Shown here: piece by piece, positions 22,600 to 45,449 of the stretch
How the letters are laid out: each line of letters opens with the position of its first letter
How positions within the stretch are numbered: the first letter of the stretch is position 1
Assembly (NCBI RefSeq): GCF_009914755.1
Contig: NC_060943.1
Origin: the human T2T-CHM13v2.0 reference genome, Homo sapiens
DNA: 64,000 bases
Direction: 5' to 3' (one strand)
Translations under genes and position numbers: made by a program
Notes under the pieces: generated by a model
What the model was told of the DNA's origin: nothing
What the model saw: only the letters and a program-made list of their open reading frames with translations
Database searches by the model: none

Positions 22600-23420
22600 C
22601 TGGGATCACAGCCTCCCCCCGCCCCGAGGTAGCGGGTGGTGGGAACGGGATTGGAATCCCGACTGTGGGGCCCCTGCGGCCACCTCCAGGATACAGCGGA
22701 CCCCGATGAAGCCCTGGCCTGGGTGCTGGGGGAGGCTCCGCGGCGCGGTCCCGCAGGCGGGAGGCGATGCTGCCGACGCTATTGCTGCCATTACTATTAC
22801 GGAGAGATGGGGCGGGGCGGGAGCACCGGGCCCTTCCCGGAAGCCCTTCCTGAGCTTATTCAGTGCCTGGGGCCGCGGCGATCGATGACAGCTGGGCGCC
22901 GGCCGAGCCCCCTCCGGGCCGCGCGGGGGCGCATGCGCGGGGCCGCGGGATCGATCGGCCGCGCTCGGGCCTCCCCGCACCCGCCCGACCCCGCCCCCCC
23001 GGCTCGTTGCCCGGCAACCTCTGCCCGGCGCGCTCCCATTGGCTGGCGGCGGCCCGGGCCCCGGCCGCGCGTGGTCACTTGGTCAGCGCGGGCTCGGCGT
23101 GGCCGGGGGCCTGGCTCCGGGCGCGGGTCGATGCCGCCTCGCATCTGACCTTTCCCGGCGCGGGGAGGGGGCCCGAGAGGATGGAGAGAGCTGGACCATC
23201 TTGGAAGAAAACTTTATTGACCCGTCTCTTATCTTGGGGACGCACGGTTCCAGCGGCGGGGGGCGAGGGTACGGCTGGGTGGGGGCAGGGGCGGCCAGGA
23301 CCTTCCTCCCGGACATGCACGGACCCCCTGACCGCCGCCCCGGCCATCTCCCTGGGCGGGCTGCTCTCCATTCCCTAGACAGGAAAATTGAGGCTCACGA
23401 GGGCCCGGGGATTACCCAAG
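22600..23420. promoter_or_regulatory. Orphan CpG island with promoter-type motifs
   Basis: CpG-dense. NRF1 palindrome GCGCATGCGC 22929-22938, GC box ~22990, RFX X-box GTTGCCCGGCAAC 23006-23018, ATTGG 23038-23042. Confidence 0.85.
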
Positions 23421-23627
23421 GCGCAAAGGGTTTATGAGGTGCAAGGGGCCTGGAGCCCAGAGAGTGTGGCTCGAGGGCTTCAGACTCTCTCTGCCACGCC
23501 GTGCTGACATCTGCACCCTCCAAGCAAAGCTAAAACATCTTCCCGCGTTGCTGGGTCCCACACCGTCGCAGCCTGGAACCCACCACCCCATAAGGAGGGA
23601 CCGTTCCTTAAATTGAAATGCGATGTT

Positions 23628-25436
<1,809 letters not shown>

Positions 25437-26044
25437 GTAAATGTTTTAATATTTAGCACGCATGATGCTTTTGATATACGTGCCATGCCAAGTCCAGGGC
25501 TCAGAGATTTGTTTAAAGGTCTCCATTAATCCCACATGTACCCCAAATCGCTGTGGTTTTAGAAAAGAAAACCTTCTGTGCAACTCCGTAACCACCTTAA
25601 AGGAAATACAAAAGGAGAAAATCGCTGGCCGTAGCCTTCTCCACCCCCTAAACTCAGCCCTGGCCACTTTGCTCAGGCCTCCCAGCTTCTGTGTCCTGCA
25701 CGTAAGCCTCGGTCTTCACACAGTCCCTGATATCTGCATTTATTTCATATTTTTCCCATAACGTTCCACCTGACATCTCCATCTCCTTCCTCTGCCGCTG
25801 CGTTTCTAATTCCTAACAGCTGAGGAAGGTTGCATTGACCGGCGGATTGTGTGGGGTGATTTTTGAAAGCAGATCCTGGAATTCAATTTTTATTTTAACC
25901 TGGTTATTGAGTGGGGAGGGAGAGGGAGGCGGAGGTTGGCCGATTCGTGTGCAAGATGAAAAAGCTGGATTTTCACAAAGGTTGTGCTGTTTGGAAATGG
26001 CTGGTTAGGTTTTCAACGTAGGAATGGTTCAACGACAGCCCTAC

Positions 26045-26860
26045 GAGAGTGTGCGCGAGCGTGCGTGGCTCCGTGTGGTTTCGTGTGTGTGTGTGTGTAA
26101 GTGAGCTGCAGGGTGTGTGGACAAGTGTGTTGTGTGAATGTGCATGTGTGGGTTCGTGTGTGCTCCTGTGTGTTCCCGTGTGTGCATGTTGTGTTCCTGC
26201 ATGTACATGTGTGGCTTCGTGTGTGTGCGTGTGTGGTTTTGTGTGTGTGCATGTGTGTGCGCCTGTGCGTGTTCGTGTGTGTTTGTGTGTGTGCATGCGT
26301 GTGAGAGGGTGCACTCAGCGGCTGTGCCTTTGTACACGTGTGAATGTGGGTGTGAGTGTGTAAGTGCTTTGTGTGAGCATGTGGGGGGAAGGACGCAGAG
26401 GCACGCCAGCGTCTGACTGTGTGTATTGTTAAGAGTGTTGTGGGGTACACGTGTGTATGTGAGCTCGTGAGGGTGTGCAAGGGATACACGCGTGTTGTGT
26501 GTATATGTGTATGTGCATGTGTGTGTGCAGGTGTGTACATATTAGTATGTGCAGATCAGTGCATACCTACGTGTGTGTTCCTGTGTGCAGATGTGCGGCC
26601 ATTTGAGGGTGGCAGTGCGCCTGTGTGAGTAGGTACCTAGGACAGCGTGCCTGTGCATTTGTATGTGAGTGTGTGTGCTGTTTTTGCACGCATGCACCGG
26701 TGTGAGGGTGTGTGTGTATCGGTGCACATCTATGAGCATGTCAGTGTGTGTGAGTGGCAGAAGGTACACGGGTGTGTACGTGCGTGTGTATACCTGTTCG
26801 TGTACCTGGCAGTGTGTGGGCATGTGCGGGTGTGAGGGTGTGTGTGCCGGTGCACACCAG
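26045..26860 (+). repeat. Degenerate (TG)n array (about 0.8 kb)
   Basis: Purine-pyrimidine alternation (TG/CG/CA/TA) throughout. Confidence 0.93.
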
Positions 26861-27718
26861 TGTCTGCACCTGCGACCACCCCGACCCCGTGCCCAGCCCC
26901 CTGACCCTCTCCTGCTGTTCTCACTGCGGGGAAACGGGTCCAACCCCACCACTGACCCCAGCTCATCTCAGGCCTCCCGTCCACAGCCACTTCCTCAGGA
27001 GCCCTCCTGGACCCGCCAGCCCGGGTCTGACCCCGGTATCAGCCCGAGGGGCCTCGTCTTGAACGGAGGAGCCGCTGGTTCCACTCATGCATTTATTTCA
27101 TAAATGTTGGCCTCCCGGGAGCTCCATAATGGCAGAGGCCTGTCCGCCTTGAGCAGGGGTCCCTCCCCAGAGCCTGGGATTAAAGAAGAGAACCCAGTGG
27201 TCCTAGGTGCGCCGTGAGAACATCAAACATCGGCCAGGGCTGCACACGGGAGGCCCTCGGGGGTGCAGCGTGGAAGCCCCCTGGACAGATGGAGAAGCTG
27301 AGGCCCTGTCAACAGGTCCCCCGCGTCCTCCCCGGCCCTGTGTTGATGGGCGGCAGCTGTGTCCAGGCACGCTGTCCCCGTTGGACATGGCCGGACTCAT
27401 GGATTTCCGAAGCCATCTCTCCATCTGGCAGCTTTATTAACCCAATTCCAGGGATCGAGTGATTGACGTGTTTGCTTATCGGCTCCTCCTGTCTCTCCAG
27501 GGACGGGTGCCCAGGTGCCCCCACCCCACCTCCATCGGCCCAGGGGGAGAGGGGACACCAGATCCCCCCCACAGCCCCGAGACCAACGCGCGCACGCGCA
27601 CACACACACACACTCACAGTGACTCCCGCTCAGGGGCTCTTGGTGGCTGGATCAATTCAAGTGGATCTTTGGAGAACATGATGGGCCAATGTCTAACAAA
27701 ATTTAAAATGTGAACTCA

Positions 27719-31255
<3,537 letters not shown>

Positions 31256-32800
31256 TCAGCCACCACCCTCACACTGTGAGCCTCTCCCATCACCACAGGG
31301 CCTTCCATGGCCAGCTCCAGGCCTGGCATCAGCGGGTGCAGGAAAAGCTCAGTGGAGCGATTCCACATCTAGGGCTCGGCTTGTAAAATTAAAATAAGTG
31401 GAGACCCCCCCACAACCCCCAGCCACACGCAGGCAGTAGGAACCCGGGAGATGGGACGAGCGCCGAAGGGTTATTAGCAGATGCCTCGAGCCCCCTCGAG
31501 CCCCGCAGAGTGGGGGAGGATGGCGGAGGCCCTTTTAAGGACCCAGTATCACCGTCCTTTCTCGGCCAGCCGGGCACCCACCCACCTGAGTGAGCCTGGA
31601 GCAGCCCATTAAGCGATTTTTTTCCTCCACTTACGGTTGGCAGCATCGACAAGCATGCTCGATATCTGACGAGGTGCTGGCCTTGGAAGAGAGCGAGCCG
31701 CCTCGATAAACTATTCCCTCTTGTCAGCGCCTCCTCCCGCACCCAGCCCGGAGCTTCGCGTTTGATCCCCTCCCCTAATGAGCTCGGTTTTCTCCCCTCC
31801 AGGCGGATGAGACGCTCCCCCCACCCTCGCCCGCTCAACCTTTCAAGTTCAGCTGGGCTGAGATTCAAGGTGGGGGCGGCGGTGGTGGAAGGAAAACCAT
31901 TTCCAGGTTCCGATGGGGTCACCTCCCCCAGGAAGTCCTCCCAGAATTTCTGCAGCTCAGATGGTCTCGTGCATTTGTGGGGAGGGTCTGGGGTACAGAA
32001 AGAGACTGGGACCTAGATATGGGGGGTCGTACAGCAGTGTCCAGGTGCCACGATTGTCATCTGTCCATTCATTCAACAAAGGGTTTGGGGGTGCAGAGCT
32101 GGGCACAGGTGCTCCCAGCTGAGGACTGTGCCAACGTGAGGGGCTGGGCAGGATGGGGCAGGGGCCCAGGAGGCGGCAGAGCAGCAGAGACCCTCAAGAG
32201 GGGACGATGACAGCCTGATGAACGGACACAGAGTTGGCCAAACCGGGCTTGGTCAGCCTGCCTGGAGGTGGGGGAGAGAGTCTGAACCCCACCCGGGGAG
32301 GGGCCGGGGAGGGGCAGGCAGGTGGCAGGGTTGGGAGAAGCCCCCTTCCCAGACCAGAGACCCTCCAGTCTGGCTTCAGCACCAAGAACAGCTCCCTGCC
32401 TCTTCCTCTCTGGAGCTCCAGAGGGACCCCCATTCGTCAGATGTCCCCCAGTCGTCGCCCAGATGGACCAGCTTCTTCCTGCCGAGGCCTTCAGGGCCTC
32501 CCAGGACCTCCCTGGGCTCTAGTATTTTCAATAAAATAGGAATCGTGCCGCAACCTCAGGGGGTGGGCACGCACAGACATCAATGTTGTTTGCAGACAAT
32601 GAGTCACTGGACACTGGCCAATTTTTCTCAGCATCTCCAATATTGCAAAGTCTACCCATGGAAGGGGCTTGGGGCCAGGTGCAGTGGCTCACATCTGTAA
32701 TCCCAGCACTTTGGGAGGCCGAGGCGGGAGGATCACTTGAGGTCAAGAGTTCAAGACCAACCTGGCCAATGTAGTGAGACCCTGTCTCTGCAAAAATTTA

Positions 32801-33001
<201 letters not shown>

Positions 33002-33277
33002 TCAAAATTTAAAATCAGATCCAACCCCCTAGTTTTATTAAAATGGAACCTGAGGCCTGAGAAGAATTATGCCCCTCCCACCAGCCAGATTCCAGAATCT
33101 TCTCTCCAGGATGAAGGGCCTCATGGGCAAGAGGAGGCCAGGAGGGAAGGGGGCTTCCAAGGAAGACTTCCACCCACCAAAAGGAGCCCCAGTCAGGCGC
33201 GGCAGCTCACGCCTGTAATTCCAGCACTTTGGGAGTCCAAGGCAGGCGGATCACCTGAGGTCAGGAGTTCGAAACTA

Positions 33278-33636
<359 letters not shown>

Positions 33637-34499
33637 CTAGGGGAAGAGGAAGTAAAGGCCCTGCGGTAGAGTGGGCATTGAAGCTGGGTTCTGCAGGTAG
33701 AGTAGGAGTTTCTTAGCAAGAGCTAGGAGAACATGGCCCATGTGGACAGAGTCGAGAGGGGCTGACACCTGGGCTCAGGTTGGGGGATGCCACCTCCTCA
33801 GAGGGGACTGTAATGGTGGATCTGGAAGACCCAGGCTTGGAGCCAGGCTGGTGAGCCCGGCTCACAGCCCAAGGTTTGCTGGGGCCTCAGCCAGGACTAG
33901 GAGCAGGTGGTGGCAGTTGGAGGTGGGCTGGAGGAGCCGGGCCTGCCCAGAGGGACCCAGGCACCCACGGGGCGAGCGGCGAGGGAGGCAGAAAGCAAAG
34001 CCTCACCAACCCCCCCCTCCACTCACCAGACATCAAACCCAGCCTCCCCACCTTTCGAGGTTATTAATTTTTCAGAGAAGAAAATGCTTTTTGTATTTTT
34101 TCCAGGCAAAATATTGATAATGGGCTTAATGTGGCCTTCCTGCTTTTGTGTGTCGGGAGAGAGAGCTTTTCTGTCCTGGCCGCTGCAGAAGCTGTTCGCC
34201 CCCCTCCAGCCCCCGCAGCCTCCATCGGCAGACCCCATGCGCTTGGCCGCTGAAGCCCAGGCAGGGAGTGGGGGCGCGTTTTGATCGCCACCGAGCGGGT
34301 TGGTGCAGCCCCCCTCCCCATCTCGAGCCCTCCTACCTCTGCCTGCACAAAGCCGGACGCCTGCCCGCCCCACCGTGGGTCGATGCACCCTGCCAGGGGA
34401 GCTGGTGTTTCCCGCGGCTCCAGGCTGATACATCTTTGAGTTGTTTGAAATTTTGCTTCCTTTCTCTCATGGCGACGGGGAGGCAGGAAGGCAGGGGCC

Positions 34500-35155
<656 letters not shown>

Positions 35156-35172
35156 CCGGGTGCGGTGGCTCA

Positions 35173-35436
<264 letters not shown>

Positions 35437-35865
35437 CTACAAAAATTTTTAAAATTAGGCCGGGCGCGGTGGCTCTTGCCTGTAATCCCAGCACTTTGGG
35501 AGGCTGAGGCGGGCGGATCATGAGGTCAGGAGATCGAGACCATCCTGGCTAACACGGTGAAACCCCGTCTCTACTAAAAATACAAAAAATTAGCCGGGCA
35601 CGGTGGCGGGTGCCTGTAGTCCCAGCTACTCGGGAGGCTGAGGCAGGAGAATGGCGTGAACCCGGGGGGGTGGAGCTTACAGTGAGCCGAGATTGCCCCA
35701 CTGCACTGCAGCCTGGGGGACAGAGTGAGACTCTGTCTCAGAAAAAAAAAAAAAAAAAGAAGGATAAGAGGCCTCAGTGAGATGGGGCAGCGAGGACCTG
35801 CCCTTCCTGGGGGGGAACAGCCTGTGTGAAGGCCCAGAGGCGTGAGGTAGCAGAACCTGCCCATT

Positions 35866-36068
35866 CAGTGGTTTTCAGACCTGAACGTGCAGCAGGACCC
35901 CCGGGGGCCTCATTGAAGCCCAGATTCCCGCTCCCTCCCATATCCAGAAGCCCCCCACATTGGCAGGCCCTCATTCAGAGAAGCTGGGGTTGCAGAATTT
36001 GCACTTCTCACAAGTTCTCGGGTCACACTGATGCTCTTGGCCCGGGGCCCTCACTCCGAGAACCACAG
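35866..36068. mobile_element. MER5A-like hAT DNA transposon (MITE)
   Basis: Imperfect TIRs CAGTGGTTTTCA ... GAGAACCACAG; internal AGAATTTGCACTTCTCACAAGTTCTC..GATGCT. Confidence 0.75.
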
Positions 36069-36640
36069 ACTCAGGGGCTTTGTGAGATGAAGACACCGGC
36101 CAACCCTCGACCCCAAGGAGCAGGCAAGGGGTGGGGGCCAGAGCCGGACAACCCCAGAGCCCTCACTTACCCTCTGGGTTCTCTAGGAGAATTCCCTTGA
36201 AACTCCGGTCCTTGATTTCCCCATCTGGAAAGCGGGTGCTTGATAAGTTTCCTGGTTTCCTGTGGCTGGTGAAGGCACGAACCAAGACGACACAGGTAGG
36301 GTGGTTAATGCAGAGCCTGGCCCACAGCAAGTGTTTAATAAATGTAAGCAGTGACTGTGAGCGCTGATGAAGGCTGTGTATGGGATTGATGAAGGGGCAA
36401 GAGGCCTTCACCAGGCTGGTGGCCGGTGAAAATGCAGAAACTGGATGGGCGTGGTGGCTCACACCTGCTACATGAGCACTTTGGGAGGCCACGGCAGGAG
36501 AATCACTTGAGCCCAGGAGTTTGAGACCAGCCTGGGTAACATACCCAGATCCCCCATCTCTACAAAAAATAAAAACTTGCCGGCTGCAGTGGCTCACGCT
36601 TGTAATCCCAGCACTTTGGTAGGATGAGGCGGGCGGATTA

Positions 36641-36895
<255 letters not shown>

Positions 36896-36973
36896 TCACA
36901 CCTGTAATCCCAGAACTTTGGGAGGCAGAGGCGGGCAGATCACAAGGTCAGGAGATTGAGACCATCCTGGCTA

Positions 36974-37310
<337 letters not shown>

Positions 37311-37349
37311 CTAAATAAATAATGCAGAAACCAAGGGCATGGCACCCAT

Positions 37350-41248
<3,899 letters not shown>

Positions 41249-41809
41249 GACGATTCTTAAAGAAGCAAAATCCAGGCCCCCACCCCAGCCCGGCCCCACA
41301 CCAGCTGGCTCCCAGGAGGCCTGGGCTCTGCCTCGAGCACCCCATTCACTCCTCTCCTGCAGCCCCAGCATTTCTACCCATTGAGAGGAATCAAAAAACA
41401 GCCCCAGCCCCAGGAAGGTGGAAGGAACAGAAAACCAGGGCTGGTGCCCACAGGGAAACTGGAACAAACCCATAAAACTGAGGCTGGTGAACCCCAGGCC
41501 ACCTAACTCCAACTGCACGGGAGCCCCGGTACCATCTCCCCAGAATCCGCCCCTCAGGCCTCAGTTTGCTCACCTGTGAAGTGGGGCCTGCACCGCCCAG
41601 CTCAAGGGACTATGAGGGAATCTGCGCAGATGGGGACAAAGCAGCCTCCCTTCGCTTTGTGCAAACCTCTCCTCCTTGCCCCGGCCTCCTCCTGGCCTCC
41701 AGAGCAGAGCTGGCCCCCGACTCCAGCTCCCCCAGGATCGATGGGAGGATCAATTCCAGCAGCAGCACCGGGCTGTGGGGGGAGGGGGGCTCCTCTGGGA
41801 AGCCTCCAG

Positions 41810-42010
41810 TTCCCCTCCTCCCTCCCCCTCCTTTCCTCCCCCCTCCCCTTCCTCCCCTTTCTCACCCCCCTCCCCTTCCTCCCCTTTCTCACCCTCCTCC
41901 CATCTCCCCTCTGCTTCCTCCCCCTCCTCCTCTTCCTCCCCCTCCTCCCCATCCCTTCTTCCTCATCCTTTTCCCTCACCTCCCCCTCCCTCCTCCTCTT
42001 CCCCCCTCCA
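41810..42010 (+). repeat. Polypyrimidine (CCT/CCCCT-rich) low-complexity tract
   Basis: Nearly pure C/T on the + strand. Confidence 0.92.
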
Positions 42011-43074
42011 GCTTCTGTCCTCTGAGCCTGGCCCAGGATTCCTTGCCCCTCCCCCACCGGTCCACCCTGGCTGTTTATGGGGTGGGCAGAGGCTGGTGGC
42101 CGCCCTTGTCACAGCCTTTCCTGAGCACTGTCAGATGTCCTCAAGGGTGCACTGTGTGTGTTTTATCCCCATTCCACAGATGGGGAAACTGAGGCTCCAG
42201 AAGGGTCCCTGATGTGGGAAATGAAGGCGGGGCTGGGATTTGAGTCTGGAACCCACCCTCAACCCCAAAGGGGAGAAGCCCCGGACACCACGCAGGCGCT
42301 TTGGGAATGAGGCACCCTTGGCGGATGGACTGGGCGGGCTGGGGTCAGAGGTCACCTGCCCTGCCCAGCAGCCGCATGGAGATCACCCAGTAGCCCTCAG
42401 GAGTCGGGGCTCCCACTTGTGAACCGGGTACGCCACCCCTGGAGATGCAGAGCTGGCTGGACACGCACCTACCTCCATCTTCTATTCCCCTCTGAGAGCT
42501 GGGGGCGGGTGGTTCTTTGGTTTTTCTCCAGGGAATGAGAGGCGCCCTCTCTGGGGGGTAAGAGCCTTGGATCTGCCTGTTTCCTCATCGGTAAAAGCAA
42601 GGGGTCAACAGGATGACCCCATCCCTCCCCAATCCCCTTCTCTTCTTGCCGGCGCTATGACCCCTGGGGAGCCCCTGCCCCCAGGCCTGGCAGCCCCCAG
42701 GGACCCTCCTACTGGGGCCTGCCACGGTGGGGGGACAATGTTTCCCATTTTCTGCGGAGCCCCCCAACTCTCACCTCCAGGCAGAGGTGAGGTGATGAGG
42801 GGCTGGAGGAGGCTCCCCCTCCAATTCCATCCTTGGGAAATGCCACCCTCTCACCTCCTGGCGCCCAGGGAGTTCAATAATAACAGAAACGTTTTGTTTG
42901 GTTTTGCTTAAAGCGAGCAGGAGGGAGAGCGCGAAGCCAACGGCTCCTGCCCAGCCCAATTGTGGGGATTTACCATGGAGGCGATTACTGAGCGGAACTG
43001 CGGGCGGCTCTGCTCGGAGGGTCCCGTGCTTGTTAGGGAGGTGGGAGAAACAGCAATTACAGCTGTTAGCACCG

Positions 43075-43683
43075 AGGGGAGGGGAGGAGGGGGAAGGAGA
43101 AACGGAGGAAGCAGAGGAGAGGGGAGCAGGGAGAAGGAAGAAGGAAGAGTGGATGGGGGAGGGAGAGGAGGCTGGAAGGGAGGAGGGGAGGGCTGGAAGG
43201 AGAAGGGGGAGTAGAAGGAAGGAAAGGGAGGAGCCAGGAGGGAGACTAGGAATGGGAGGAGGGGGGAAGAGGGAGAGGAGGAGGGGGAAGGAGGGGGGAA
43301 GGGGGAAGGAAAGTAGAGGAGGGGGTAGGAGGAGTGGGAAGAATGGGGAAGGATGGGGAGGAGGGAGAAGGGGGAGTAGAAGGGGGAAGGATGGGGAGGG
43401 AGGGGAGAGGAGGAGTGGGAAGAATGGGGAAGGATGGGGAGGAGGGGCAGGAAGGGGGAGGAGGGAGAGGAGGAGGAGGATGGAGGAGGAGTGGGGAGGA
43501 AGAGGGAGGGTGAGGAGGAGGGAGAGGAGGAAGGAAATGGAGGAGGAGTGGGGAGGAAGGGGGAGGATGGGGGAGGAGGGAGAGGAGGAGGGAGATGGAG
43601 GAGGAGGGGGAGGAAGGGGGAGGATGGGGAGGAGGGAGAGGAGGAGGAGGATGGAGGAGGAGGGGGAGGACGGGGTAGGAGGA
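43075..43683 (+). repeat. Polypurine (GGA/GGGGA-rich) low-complexity tract
   Basis: About 600 bp nearly pure G/A with internal repeated units. Confidence 0.95.
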
Positions 43684-44682
43684 TCCTCACCCTTCAAGAG
43701 CATCAAGTTTTCCTCCCCAGTGGGAGAAGCTGAGGCCCAGAGAGAAGTCTCTGCTCTGACACCCCACAAGAGCTTTCCCAACCAACAGGCCCCTCTGGGA
43801 CTCCCTCTATGCCCTGCCCAGGGCCCCACAGGGCTCGCTCTGCTTCCTGCTCTCTTGCTGCAGGCCTGGAGCTGGGAGGTGGGCAGGTGATGGCCAGAGC
43901 AGGAGGCGGCTGGCCCCTTCCCCTGTCCGCTGCCTCAAATGATTAACCAGTGCGGCTGGAGTGAGGAGTGGACACTGGGAGCCGGTTCCTCAAATACCCT
44001 CCACACCTTTGACCGGCGCATGGGCCAGAACGGGGGACCCCTCCAGCTCAGGCTGAAGAGCTCCCCCAACTGCCGGGTCCAGAGGGTCCTGCGCTCCCTG
44101 GGATCGCCCGAAGGGCTGGGTCGGAGGGGGACCCTGGCGCAGGGAACGTTCTCTGTAACTGAGATCCGCGTTTCTACTCAGGAGCTCAGCTGAGACTCTC
44201 TGCGTGGCCAACCCTCTCCAGAGACCGGCTCCACCGCCAGCCAGATTGGATGCTGAGCGTGTCCACACAGCACGCACTCACTGGGACTCAGCGTGCTGGG
44301 ACTCAGCTCCCCGCCGCCCAGTCCCTCGGGCCTAGGTCAGCTCGCCAGCTGGTGGCCTGAGGCAGATCTCAGGACCTCCCTGTGCCTCAGTTTCCTCACC
44401 TGAAAAATGGGAATAATTGGAGTTGCTTCCTCAGAGTACCCCTGCCCCTAGCTCCCTGCAGGTACAGTGGGGATGGGGCAGGAGATAGAGCGGGGACCTG
44501 CAGGACGTACCCCTCCCCCAGGGAATGGGGGACGCCACCCCACCCCTGGCGAGCCCGGAAGGTGGCTGCTGATTGAACAATGGGAGAAACAAGCTTTCTT
44601 CTAGCGCAAGGTGACTCACCTGCTGGCCCAGGGACAAAGCTCCCCCAGCCACTCCCCACCGCCCGCCACCCCCCACCGCCCG

Positions 44683-44720
44683 CCACACACACACACACAC
44701 ACACATACACACACACACAC
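44683..44720 (+). repeat. (CA)n microsatellite
   Basis: Interrupted CA run. Confidence 0.9.
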
Positions 44721-45449
44721 CGCACAGCACGGAGAGGGGGTGAGTCATTCCACCCCACCACATCTGTGATGGCCTCCCTGGGTGCGTACTAACCTGTGGG
44801 GTGGGGGGATTATACTAAGGGCCGCCCGGGACCCTCCCTGCTTGGCCTCACAGCCAGGGAGAGAAGGCCCAACCACCCCCAGCCTGGCATTCAAGGCCTG
44901 GCTTTGAACACATGCCCCCCCCCCACACACCCCAGCTTCATTCAGTTTTATCTCATTGACTCATTCAACAAACATTCCCTAATGAAGTCCTGTGAGGGCC
45001 CCGAAACTGGGCTAACGCCAGACGCCTCCCCAGCCCCACCGCCTCTTCCTCAGATGACAAGGAGTCTTTTCGTCCTTCCATTGGCCTACCTGACTTGGAC
45101 TCCTACACATCCTACAAAACCCAACCTCAGGGCTCCTCCTCCAGGAAGGGAGGACTGCCGCCTCCCCAGTTCTGATCTCAGGGGGATGGGGATGACTTTT
45201 CCCCTCCCTAAGTATGGGAGCCCCAGCGGGAGGGACAGAGGCTGTGGCCGCAGCTCTAGGGTGGTGGGGGCAGGGGAGCAGGAGTGATCTGAGAAGTTTG
45301 CTAAATCCAGCGAATGGCCTGGTTCCCCTCCCCCATCCCCGGTCTGCAGATTCTGCCTAAGGAGGTGCGAATCCCTTCCCCTTTCCCCATTCCCCATTCC
45401 CCAGTCCAACACCCCCTCCCCACCCAGAGGTCCACGAGGCGAGACAGAC

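Noticed and set aside
25973-26952. His/Thr- and Cys/Val-rich ORFs
   Set aside because: Translations of the (TG)n repeat.
42771-43890. 352-aa and 330-aa Pro/Ser/Leu- or Gly/Glu/Arg-rich ORFs
   Set aside because: Translations of the polypurine tract, which lacks stop codons by composition.
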